Positions 8,246-18,300 of a DNA stretch of 52,144 nucleotides are shown in pieces. The stretch is taken from IMG/VR virus record IMGVR_UViG_3300024042_000034, positions 1-52,144 of that record; one strand, 5' to 3'. A program made the position numbers and the translations under genes. Numbering within the stretch: position 1 is the first letter of the stretch; every line of letters begins with the position of its first letter. Under the pieces are notes generated by a model. It was not told the origin of the DNA, searched no databases, and saw nothing but the letters and a program-made list of their open reading frames with translations. Source of the stretch: a virus. Lineage: Duplodnaviria > Caudoviricetes.

Positions 8246-8862
8246 TACTTCATCATATTATAAAATTGCTTTACTAATGGAATAACTTTGTCTATTCCGA
8301 TCAATCCACCATTTACCCGTCGACGGATAACTTTGATATCCTCATCGCTAACTGACTTTACCAGGTTCCACAACCGCTTTTGATTGAATATGAACACCGC
8401 GCTTTCGAGAGGGTATTTGGTTGCTACCAAGTCAGGATTGGCAACACAATCCTCACCAATGTATTTGCTGAATAATGCGTACATTTCTTTTCCTGTTAAC
8501 TGCATCCATCCACGACCACGGTATTTGTACCCCTCACCTTTGCCGTTACCCATACGATTATCATACACGAAGTTTCCTAGCTTCTCAGGCTGTCTAAGAT
8601 ATTGTTCTGCCAATGCATCGCTGGTGAATCTCGAAGGCCAAGTGTTGCGGAGCGCGCGAACCGTAGTGTATCGCATGTCCTCAACTACTATCGAAAAATC
8701 TCCACTTTCATGTACAAGGTTACCCCAAAAATGGGCCACCATGGCCTTTGTGGGTATTCCGAAATGACATTGAAACTTAGTCAATGTTTCGTTACCAAGC
8801 ACGCCGTCAGGATAAGCCCCGACGACACGCTGTATATATTGTATGCTTTCTTTCTTTGTCAT
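8245..8862 (-). CDS. Endolysin, glycoside hydrolase family 19
   Basis: HESG and YRGRGWMQLTG motifs, VNGG near the C-terminus; short N-terminal PG-binding-like DGVLG.ET. Confidence 0.9.
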   Translation of the reverse strand: MTKKESIQYIQRVVGAYPDGVLGNETLTKFQCHFGIPTKAMVAHFWGNLVHESGDFSIVVEDMRYTTVRALRNTWPSRFTSDALAEQYLRQPEKLGNFVYDNRMGNGKGEGYKYRGRGWMQLTGKEMYALFSKYIGEDCVANPDLVATKYPLESAVFIFNQKRLWNLVKSVSDEDIKVIRRRVNGGLIGIDKVIPLVKQFYNMMK

Positions 8863-11672
8863 TACACCAAATCATTATCACTTGTATTCCCGGTGAAAAC
8901 AGCTCCAGTTTTAGTAACTGTTCCTCGAATAGAATTGCGTTTGAATACCATATCGTTATGAGTTCCGGTAATAATCAAATCCCTATTCGCTCCTGAAGAT
9001 CTTATTTTATTCCCTTCGAAATAGGCATCATCGCTGTTGCCACGTATATCTACACCGATATTATTGGCTGTTAGCTTGTTGTTGACAAAATCAAAATTCT
9101 TTGACAGGGTACCGTTAAAGTAAATACCTGTGTCCGTGCTCCCCTTGATCGTATTTCCAGTAAACTCACAATCATAGCTATTCTCTTGTTGCATTAGGTA
9201 CATCCCATATTTATTAGCTATAAATGAATTGCCTTGTACACGCTGATCTCTCATGTAATGATCCGCAAAGAATCCAGCATTTTTGTTGTTGTAAACAATG
9301 TTATTAGACCACTGGACTAACGTGTTACCTCTCGAAGCGAGTCCATTATGACGGCCATTTATGACGATATTATCAGCGATAAGAGGACATCTTGACGGCT
9401 GTGTGGCTGGGCCTCCAAACAAGCCCTGATCTTCAATAAAGATTCCATTCTGCCCACACCCCTCAACGAGGTTGTTGGTGACAATAAAGTTTTCATATAA
9501 TGACTTTCCTGTGCCGATCCCGATTCCTGATCCTCCTTGCATTATAGCCTCACCTGTAGGCATCCAAAGGCGTCCACATTTAATAACACGGTTGTTAGTG
9601 ATGTTGACCCTAACCAGGTAATCTATTCCTAATCCCGTTGCTGGTGTTCCTTGCAAAGTCAGGCCTGAAAAATCACAATCTAAAACCTCATGGAAATTGA
9701 AGGCTTTCATGTCTGTCGTGTATATTCCATTAGCCGGATTGAGTCCATATCCATCTACCGTGAAATCCAAGTATTTACAATTTGATAGCGGATAATACTG
9801 ATTGTCGAATAGCGAAAATGCTGCATCTCCTACCATTCTCAAGACGGTTTTATCAGCACCATATCCAACTAAATCGACATTAGATTTTACTATGATCCTC
9901 TGACGGAAATCAAAGGTTCCTACAGGTAATATGATACGTCCACCACCACTTCTGAATACTGCATTGATGAGATCCTGTAAAGCAGGAGAGTTATCGTAAT
10001 TATCAATCCTTAAACCATACTCGTCAGCATTGTAGTTGCTTTTATGTAGTTTGGCGTTTAGGTTCATAAAGCCTGTTGTGACTTTAGTTTCATCAACTTT
10101 TACAAAGTCAAGACCGATAACCTCCGTTCCATTATAATCTGTAAAGTCGCGTTTACCAACAGCTACTGTAATATTTTGGTTTTTATAGAGATTTATCCCC
10201 ACGAATGGCCTTGCCGTTTTTGTGACAACAAGCTTCCAGTTGTCGTTTGCATCTTTTTCCCATATAGAATAATTGATAAAGAACAATGGGTTTACACTGA
10301 TATAAATATACTCATTGGTAGCTGCTGTATGATCTACTGATTTTTTATCAGCCGTGGGGACGAATACACGCGTAGTGTAATTATAGTATCCATTAACATA
10401 AGACACGACTATTTGCTCAGTCCTTCTTGCTTTAGCTAATCTTCTGACATCACGATAAGATTCTGTCACTCCAGTAATTGTCAATCCAGTATTGACAATG
10501 TCAGAAGGTAAAAGAATATCAGTATTATTGTCGGATGCGACAACCAATCGCACATAGTATACCCCATCTAAGTTAATGGTATGACTAACTGCAGATGCAT
10601 GTGTGCTTACTATATTCTCCTTACTTCCTTCCGGACCCTTGTAAATCTTAACGCGAACTTTATACCCAACGTTTACCGACACTGTTAGTGTATTGCCTAT
10701 TGATTTATAGAATGAGGAAAAAAGAGCATGCTTAAATTTATAAATCTCCTGTTCGTCGGTATCGTCAATACTTCCTTGAGTCCAAAAAACATTGTATGAT
10801 GTGGTTCCCATTAAAGACTCGACTTTATCAAGGCCGTTCATGCTTTTTAACGAAAGTTCTTGAGTATTGATCACAACATCTGATTGCAAATCGAGATCAG
10901 AAATAATGCTGTCATCCGCCTTTTTAGCAACAATACGGAAATAGCCGTTATCTGGATTTATGGTATAGTTATTAATAAATCCGACATCAGTTGTTCGGTA
11001 TCTGAATCTCTTTGTAATATCATATACATATATTAAAACCTGATTGGCTACAGATGAAATATTGATTCTAGTATTTTTTAAGCTAATAAATCCAGTACGC
11101 ATCCTTGGTTGGGTAGAAACGTATGGAATATCAACCCCGGCGCTATCAATACTACCACGTTCAAAAATCAAATCATAAGACCCACCAGCGGAGTAACCAA
11201 CCTTAGCGGTTATTTTCATGTTAGATTCAAAAACACCGCCCCCAGGAGGAGCTTTAATATTCCCTTTTGACACAATACCATCGGCTATTGCTTGAGGAAG
11301 TTCTTGCATCTTACTAATTTTCCAAGTAAGTGCAGTACCATCCCAATAAAGAGTACCATCATTCCCTTGCGGAATACCGTCCGTCCCCAACGGATTCTTT
11401 AATACAACATTGTTATATTTCCAATATCCCCATGACGCATCGAACCAACGATTTTGTCCTGTTGGGCCCGCTGACAAGGCTACTGCTGTTCCAGTGGTAG
11501 TCCCACCTTGAATAGCTGGCATAGATTCCCCCTGCACAACAATAATTTCATTCAACTTTTCCTTCTTAATCTTCATGATAGGATCATTATTATTTCCAAC
11601 CATCATGAAAGTAAAATCGGATGCCTCATTAGCTTCTCTAGGCCATTCCATTGGATTCTTTTCTTCTGCCAT
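8862..11672 (-). CDS. Tailspike/tail fibre with pectate-lyase-like right-handed beta-helix (putative depolymerase)
   Basis: DNSPALQDLIN...GGGRIILPVG...LVGYG..KTVL entry motif followed by Asn-ladder repeats; position after the hub gene. Confidence 0.82.
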   Translation of the reverse strand: MAEEKNPMEWPREANEASDFTFMMVGNNNDPIMKIKKEKLNEIIVVQGESMPAIQGGTTTGTAVALSAGPTGQNRWFDASWGYWKYNNVVLKNPLGTDGIPQGNDGTLYWDGTALTWKISKMQELPQAIADGIVSKGNIKAPPGGGVFESNMKITAKVGYSAGGSYDLIFERGSIDSAGVDIPYVSTQPRMRTGFISLKNTRINISSVANQVLIYVYDITKRFRYRTTDVGFINNYTINPDNGYFRIVAKKADDSIISDLDLQSDVVINTQELSLKSMNGLDKVESLMGTTSYNVFWTQGSIDDTDEQEIYKFKHALFSSFYKSIGNTLTVSVNVGYKVRVKIYKGPEGSKENIVSTHASAVSHTINLDGVYYVRLVVASDNNTDILLPSDIVNTGLTITGVTESYRDVRRLAKARRTEQIVVSYVNGYYNYTTRVFVPTADKKSVDHTAATNEYIYISVNPLFFINYSIWEKDANDNWKLVVTKTARPFVGINLYKNQNITVAVGKRDFTDYNGTEVIGLDFVKVDETKVTTGFMNLNAKLHKSNYNADEYGLRIDNYDNSPALQDLINAVFRSGGGRIILPVGTFDFRQRIIVKSNVDLVGYGADKTVLRMVGDAAFSLFDNQYYPLSNCKYLDFTVDGYGLNPANGIYTTDMKAFNFHEVLDCDFSGLTLQGTPATGLGIDYLVRVNITNNRVIKCGRLWMPTGEAIMQGGSGIGIGTGKSLYENFIVTNNLVEGCGQNGIFIEDQGLFGGPATQPSRCPLIADNIVINGRHNGLASRGNTLVQWSNNIVYNNKNAGFFADHYMRDQRVQGNSFIANKYGMYLMQQENSYDCEFTGNTIKGSTDTGIYFNGTLSKNFDFVNNKLTANNIGVDIRGNSDDAYFEGNKIRSSGANRDLIITGTHNDMVFKRNSIRGTVTKTGAVFTGNTSDNDLV

Positions 11673-11706
11673 CTCTATATTTATTTAGTTGCTCATTAAT
11701 TCTTTT

Positions 11707-14454
11707 TTATGTCGTATACTGACCGAACTCTACCCACTGTGATCCTGTGAAACGATATTTCCTAGAATTATACCTAGGTAATTCAGTTTCGGTAACCGCA
11801 GTATTTAAAAGGGTATAAATCTGACTTCCATTGCCATTAATTGTTATTGAGAAAGCCGATCCATTCGTATTTCTTACTTCTACTACCCGGCCAATCTCCA
11901 AATTATCAACAGGTAAATAAATTTTCCCAGATCCCGTTTTTGTTATCGCATAATCATTCCCTGACATATAGTAATCACCCGTATCGTTAACTACCTTTAT
12001 AGGCTCATATTTAGCTCCTAAAAGCTTGATAGAACTAAACATTGCCCCATATCTTCCCCATGCTCCTAAGAGCTGATCTAAAGCATCCTGAGTAAGTTCC
12101 TGTCTTCTGATACCGAAAACACCAGCGCGAACGTCGGCGATGAAAATTGGGCCAGTTGGAGGCATTGCAGCAGCAGATTCGCCTATCAACGAAGCTCTAA
12201 AATCTAGGCCGGTGGATGCAGGTAAGAATGAAATCCGACTATTACGGGATAGTATACCATCATCCCCCATTATGACGCCAACTTGAGGATCGTCCTCACC
12301 AGGGAATGGGATGGGAGTTGTTGTCAGTAACCCATTTTGAATTAGAAAGTCTGCTATTTTACCTTTACTTGCTTCCATTGATCCATCATCAAGAACCTGG
12401 AATGGAGCTTCATAGCGATTTTCTTCAATTGCTCCTGACCAATAACGTTGACTTAACGAACCTCTGTCGTTTAAACCACTGATACCGGCGTTAACAAAAC
12501 CATCACTTCCCACAGTAATCACCTGTGCAAATAACCGACGGACATTTATCAGGTAGGCTGTGATAACATCAGTTTCAATTTGTCCTCCTGAAATCAAAGT
12601 GAAACCTTTAGTTGCCTGAAAACTTCTGACGCCTTCGATCACGCTTGAAAGGATTCCAAAATTGAAATACCAATAACCTGGTTCTGAATCAGTCATCTTT
12701 TTATCTTTGGACAACACCCACTCTCCCGTTAGGGCAGTTTGGCTCACTTTAGCAGATAAGTAGTATTTTTCCAATGGCTCCAAGTTGATGACAGAAAAAG
12801 CAGTCAAATTCCAAATGTTGCCTAACCCAACTATCTCATATGATTTATGAATCAACCGGCCAGCAGACATTCCAAAAGAATTGGGATTACCTCCGGCATT
12901 AACAGTCATCATTACTCCATCTAGGTCATAATATTGTGATGGTGTTCCATACCATCCTACAATCGCCTGTTGAATTGCCTCTGCCAAGTTCCCGTCAGGA
13001 TCAAAGACACCTGATTTGAATTCAGTCAATGCTTGAACATTACGCCGATCGCGTTCCCATGATTGCTTGTTGTATTGCGTTACGACTTCCTTTTGTTCCT
13101 TGATATCGTTTTGAATTTTCTCGAATAGCGTATAAGTAACCTCATTTCCGATCACTGCACTGAATGACATACCATTCTCAATAACATCAGGATAAATCGC
13201 CGGGTATGATAGTTCAGTGACACGGATTTGGTCATCAATACCTTTTTCTTCATCGACCAATCGAATAATATCGCCTGCATTAAGTTCAGTGGCCCATCTT
13301 TTCAATTGGATATAATCAACTTCCAGTTCATACACCACCCTCGGAATAGAGTTGCTATCCAAATATTCCTGTCTTTTGGTTGTCAATTCAGCTGCTGCAG
13401 CATCAATATAAGATTGAGGCATACGAATACCAATAAGGGTATATTTATCTCCTACATCTGCATGTACAACCTCTGTGGGAATTAGTAAACCATTACCTTC
13501 GTCGTTCGCTTTGAAACGTATTGTTTTGGTCGTGTGATTGTAACTAGTTATTTCGAACTGATTCCCTTCAAGAAAGCCCGATTTGAAAACGATGTATGCC
13601 GTTTCCCCATCAACGCGCTGACCATTTAAATCGAAATCAATTGATGTGTCGGTAACAGTGAATAGCTGTTTATCGATCTGTGCTACAGATGTAACAGTAC
13701 CAGTCCTTTGAGGATAGATTTCCTCATCTATAAATTCGCCTTCTCGGATACCGTACAATGCAGTGTTTTTTTCTACATAACCAGGAATAGTGAAGTAGTT
13801 AAAGGTGCCCTCGGGCAGGTTCTTATCACCTCCACGAGCATAAGCCCGGGTAACGATCTTTTTATCCTGTAATGACTTGCGTGTAAGACTGTATAAACCT
13901 TTATTTTTCCCATATTCAAGCGTCAACGATCTAGGTGTTCCTACTGTCTTCTTTAATGAAATCACTTTGCCTTTGATCCCCCATTCGGCTCTCATTGCCT
14001 GCGCAACCATGGTAAGGGCATCTAGGATGTAGGTACTATCGAATTCCACGGTAACACGTCCGAGGTCTTCAAATTCTCCAACTGACCACCCGCTGCTCTT
14101 TGAATTTGCACAATCGACAAATAAATGAAGCCACTCTTCGGCGGTACCGGAAAAAGAGAACTTGCGCGCTCCAAGATGATCAAGGAACAGATATCCCAAA
14201 GTATGGCGTGATCCTTCAAAAACAAAATCGTACCCAGCGACAAATCGGCTCATTTTCTTGAAGTCCTCGACCTGGTTCAACGTGTATTCCTCCCCTTTGT
14301 ACATCAACGTATCACCGACTCGCAATCCTAAAGTAGCAACGTCACCCAAACTAAATGATAGTCCATGCTCCGCCATTACCTTATTGCTGAAAGTTGAAGC
14401 GTTTAAAGGAAGCTGTATGGTATTTACCCCGTTTCTCTTTACCTGTACTAGCAT
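11707..14454 (-). CDS. Baseplate hub / central tail protein
   Basis: 915 aa after the Dit-like gene; YGKNKGL and VTRAYARGG.KNLP motifs typical of siphophage hub proteins. Confidence 0.75.
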   Translation of the reverse strand: MLVQVKRNGVNTIQLPLNASTFSNKVMAEHGLSFSLGDVATLGLRVGDTLMYKGEEYTLNQVEDFKKMSRFVAGYDFVFEGSRHTLGYLFLDHLGARKFSFSGTAEEWLHLFVDCANSKSSGWSVGEFEDLGRVTVEFDSTYILDALTMVAQAMRAEWGIKGKVISLKKTVGTPRSLTLEYGKNKGLYSLTRKSLQDKKIVTRAYARGGDKNLPEGTFNYFTIPGYVEKNTALYGIREGEFIDEEIYPQRTGTVTSVAQIDKQLFTVTDTSIDFDLNGQRVDGETAYIVFKSGFLEGNQFEITSYNHTTKTIRFKANDEGNGLLIPTEVVHADVGDKYTLIGIRMPQSYIDAAAAELTTKRQEYLDSNSIPRVVYELEVDYIQLKRWATELNAGDIIRLVDEEKGIDDQIRVTELSYPAIYPDVIENGMSFSAVIGNEVTYTLFEKIQNDIKEQKEVVTQYNKQSWERDRRNVQALTEFKSGVFDPDGNLAEAIQQAIVGWYGTPSQYYDLDGVMMTVNAGGNPNSFGMSAGRLIHKSYEIVGLGNIWNLTAFSVINLEPLEKYYLSAKVSQTALTGEWVLSKDKKMTDSEPGYWYFNFGILSSVIEGVRSFQATKGFTLISGGQIETDVITAYLINVRRLFAQVITVGSDGFVNAGISGLNDRGSLSQRYWSGAIEENRYEAPFQVLDDGSMEASKGKIADFLIQNGLLTTTPIPFPGEDDPQVGVIMGDDGILSRNSRISFLPASTGLDFRASLIGESAAAMPPTGPIFIADVRAGVFGIRRQELTQDALDQLLGAWGRYGAMFSSIKLLGAKYEPIKVVNDTGDYYMSGNDYAITKTGSGKIYLPVDNLEIGRVVEVRNTNGSAFSITINGNGSQIYTLLNTAVTETELPRYNSRKYRFTGSQWVEFGQYTT

Positions 14455-14966
14455 TAGAATAGTTGTTTTTGTTGTTCAAACTGGATTGGCTTGTCAGGGT
14501 AACTCAGGATTAAACCGTTTACATCCGCTAGATAGAAATCGACACCAACAGGAGCGAAGTTGTTTTCTAACACCAAGGTGAAATCAGTATACATATAGCC
14601 GCTCTGCTTCCGAGGGTTCATAACATTAAAATCGGGCGAGCTCACATAGCGTAAAGAGAATGACCGCCCCAAAGCATCCACTCGCAAATTGAATCCTTCA
14701 GGCTTAGCCAATATTTCCAAAAGCGCGTCTCTTTGATTTTGCAAATCGGTAAGACTGGTAGATTTCAAATAGCACTTGATACTGTATTGGATCGACTGGA
14801 AGAAGGTTGGTGATGTGGTATCGTAATCTTTTCCATGCTCATCAGCCCAATCGTGGAATGCACGTTCCTTTGGAGTAGGCAGCTTAAGCAACTCACTCCA
14901 TGTGCCACGCTGAAAAAATAGCCCGAAAGCAGTGCTTGCAACTTTATCTTCTATCTCGAAACTCAT
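14454..14966 (-). CDS. Putative distal tail protein
   Basis: 170 aa between tape measure and hub; DWADEHG motif; synteny. Confidence 0.6.
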   Translation of the reverse strand: MSFEIEDKVASTAFGLFFQRGTWSELLKLPTPKERAFHDWADEHGKDYDTTSPTFFQSIQYSIKCYLKSTSLTDLQNQRDALLEILAKPEGFNLRVDALGRSFSLRYVSSPDFNVMNPRKQSGYMYTDFTLVLENNFAPVGVDFYLADVNGLILSYPDKPIQFEQQKQLF

Positions 14967-15391
14967 TTTTTAAACTCCCTCACTTTAGCGTTTCCAAATA
15001 CTTCTTTAATCAGCTGACCTTCCTTTATTTCCGCAGTGACAAATGAATTTTCTATGGCGGTTAATTTGACAACTCCACGTTTAGCATAAATTTGGCTAAC
15101 CTCGTATCCATTCACCTCAACATTGACCTGACCTCCAAGAACCAAAAGAAAGCGCGGATTGATCACAGTGTGAACTCCATCGAAATAGATACCTTCGGAC
15201 TCCAACTCTTTCCGGTATTTCTGCAGAACTTTCAATGTGAGGAAATCAGTGACCATTGCGAACTCCACACCTTTTGGGGATTTGAGTAAGCGGACTAACT
15301 CCTGAATTCCGTTAGCCGTGGCAACTTTGCTAAGCCCCCAACCACACCCCTTGCTCTTCTTAACCAGATTATATATTTCTTGACTAAACAT
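14963..15391 (-). CDS. Hypothetical tail-region protein
   Basis: 142 aa, coupled to the tape measure gene. Confidence 0.65.
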   Translation of the reverse strand: MFSQEIYNLVKKSKGCGWGLSKVATANGIQELVRLLKSPKGVEFAMVTDFLTLKVLQKYRKELESEGIYFDGVHTVINPRFLLVLGGQVNVEVNGYEVSQIYAKRGVVKLTAIENSFVTAEIKEGQLIKEVFGNAKVREFKK

Positions 15392-18300
15392 TAGAATCGT
15401 CCTCCTAAACTTTTATTGATTGATTGAAGCTCACTCACGGCTGTATCCAGGCGTTTAACTGTTTCTCCGGTATTCACTTGAATAGCGTTCAAAGCTGTTA
15501 ATTGATCTATGGCAACCGCCAATTGCTTACCCATTGTAATTCCTTGGGATTTGCTTTCATCAAATGATCTTTTTAACAACTCGGTTTGGGATCTAGCTAG
15601 TCCAGTCAACTCGCTTGCGGTAGATTCGGTCAACTCCCGTTGAATCGACCCCTTCAATCCTCCACTGGTAGAAGTTCCATCCTTGCTCAATCCCAATTGC
15701 TTGTAGGCCTCCTCCAATGTCTTGGTAAATTCTGTTCCGGCGCCGTCAATCTTATCTTTCCAAACAGCGAAATTGAAACCGGTTAATGAGTTATTATTGG
15801 ACTTCATGTAATCAGCCAACTGATTCACCATGTCGTTGACAATCGGTTCAATCATCTTCAACTTGAGTGAGTTTACCAGGGCGTTTTTGATGAATTTATC
15901 AAACGTTTCATCCAAAGAATCAACAGCGCTTTCGCCTGCTTCAAATGCGGTAACCAATGCATCAGCAAGAGAAGCTGATAAATCTTTGAAAGTGGTTTGT
16001 ACAAGGTTCTCAGTTATAGATTTTTGGATATCTTCGATTTGTTTATTGATAGAATCAATCTCGTCATAATAACCCCTAACCTTGTCCTTGTCTGTCTTTT
16101 TCTTGTCCTCCTCAGCACGGGCCATCTCTGCAAGGATGCGTTGCTGCTCTTTAAGGTTGGCGATAGCCTTATCACTATCACTGTAATAATTTTCACCAAC
16201 GCTATTGGAAATACGGCGCTGCAAAGTATCGTATGCTTTTCCAAGGTTATCCAACTGTCCTTTGTAGGCATCAATTTGCTTTTGTAGTTTCTTATCTTTA
16301 GTATTGAAAAGGTCGAGTGCGGAGGTTAGGGTTTTGATGGATCCACTGATGATTGAAATTGGGTTTCCACTGGCAATCCCAGCCGCTAACTCTCCCATTC
16401 CGCCAACCAAGTTGCCGATCTGGTTAACGGTATTTTGTAAGCCGTCGCTAGCGCCAATGGAACCTAACAATCCATTTACATCGCCAATAATTTGTTGAGC
16501 ATTTTTAAGATCCGAAGCCAATGCGGTAAACATATCTTTTTGCGCTTGTTTGGCCTGATCGGAATCTTTACCGTATAATTGAACTTGCTCTCTGTACTTT
16601 TTCAAAGCTCCTGTGGATGCAATCCAGGATTTATCTAAGTTTACTTGAGCTTCTGCGCTATCTAACTGAAATAATTCCCTCTCAAAATCCTTATCGGACA
16701 TTCCCTTTTTCCTCTGTTCCAGCAAAGCTTTCCTTGCTTGCGCGATAGCATCAATTGAAGCTTTTTTACTGAGAATAGAAAGCCTATAGTACATTTTTTC
16801 TGTATCTACTTCGCGCTGATACTGAGCTACAAGAATTGCACTTGTCTCGTCTTTTAGCCCTTTTGCTAATTGATCCTTTTGCTCTTTTGTTGCTTTTTCT
16901 CCTAAATCAGCATAAGCTTTCTTATATTTTTCCTGAACCTTTAATATTTTATCAGAATAGGTCTCTGACAATTGAAGAGCTTCTATTATTCTTTTGCTCT
17001 CCCGTTGACGATTTTCATTAACAATATCCTCTCTACGCTTGCTTAATGCCTTAAACTGCTCCTCTTCTGCTTGTGTAAATTTGATCGTACTATTTAACCC
17101 TTCCAAATCAGCAGTTTTCTTTTTTGCCAAAAGATCAAAGTATGCTTTTTCAACATTTTCTTCATATCCTTTAAAGGCAGCCAATTCACTGGCAAAACGT
17201 TTGTCTGCAGCTTCTTTGGATGTTTGTTCAGCATATGAATTATATTCATCCAGTAACTTTTTCTGAGCATCAAAAGATTGCTCAAGTCTCTTAGTATCTT
17301 GACGGGTGGTTGCTTCGGCAACTTCGAAATTTTCCGATCGTTGCAATCCGCTCATATCTACACGCAAACCCTTGTTTTTAGGATCAGCAAAGAACTTGCG
17401 AACCTCCTCCTTGATCTTAGCATATTTATCCTTTACAGAAGCGACCTCTGATTCATCACGGGAAAGTTGGTTCCTGGATGCGGTCTCGTTGATCTTGTCG
17501 ATTTCTAGTTGTAGTGAACGTTGGCGTTCGGTGGCTTGGCGCGTTTGCTCTGCAAGCTTAGCTGCTTTAGCTTGTAACCTTTCTTTTGCTTTTGCATCTT
17601 TTTCGCTTTCACCAAATTCAACACCTTTAACATCAGTCTTCAATAATGACCTCATTTTCTTAAGGTTCTCAGCATACATTGGGTTATTGAAGGCTTTATT
17701 CAGTGTTCCTTGGTTTTTAATCATTTCCTCTTGATTTGCAATCATCTTTAATTGCTCCTCACGGGTTTTGCTAGAAAATTCTGTAAAGAACTTGGCAGCA
17801 TCCTCGCCATTATTCTTATTAGCCGCAGGAAACCAATCATCCATGATATCATTAGCTTTGGACGCGCCATTAGCTCCAAATAAAGCACCTCCTAAAATGG
17901 TGCCCGTGTGCCTAGTAAATAACTCAACCCATCCTTTAGATGAAACAACTTTGTTTACGCTTTCAATAATGTCAGCAAAGAACCCAATAGTAGCTACTGA
18001 AAACTTACCAATTGCCCCAGTTCCGTTTTCAATTGATAGAACTACATTGTCCCAAGCTATTCCAATTCTTTTGGATTGATTTACCAACTTACCAGCGCCA
18101 GTTTCAAATTCCGCCTGCATTGCTCCATGAGCATTTTTAGCAGTATTCATAGCGTTAGTCAATGTATCATAACCTGTTGATGCAAGAGAAGCTATCACCC
18201 TTTGGTCACGTACCGCAATGATTCCTGTTCTTTCTAATGCTTCGTTTACCGAACCACCCGCTTGATTAATCTTGTTCAATCCAGCAATATAATCCATAAA

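Noticed and set aside
8862-14454. Diversity-generating retroelement or invertible tail-fibre cassette
   Set aside because: No reverse transcriptase, invertase or template/variable repeat pair seen
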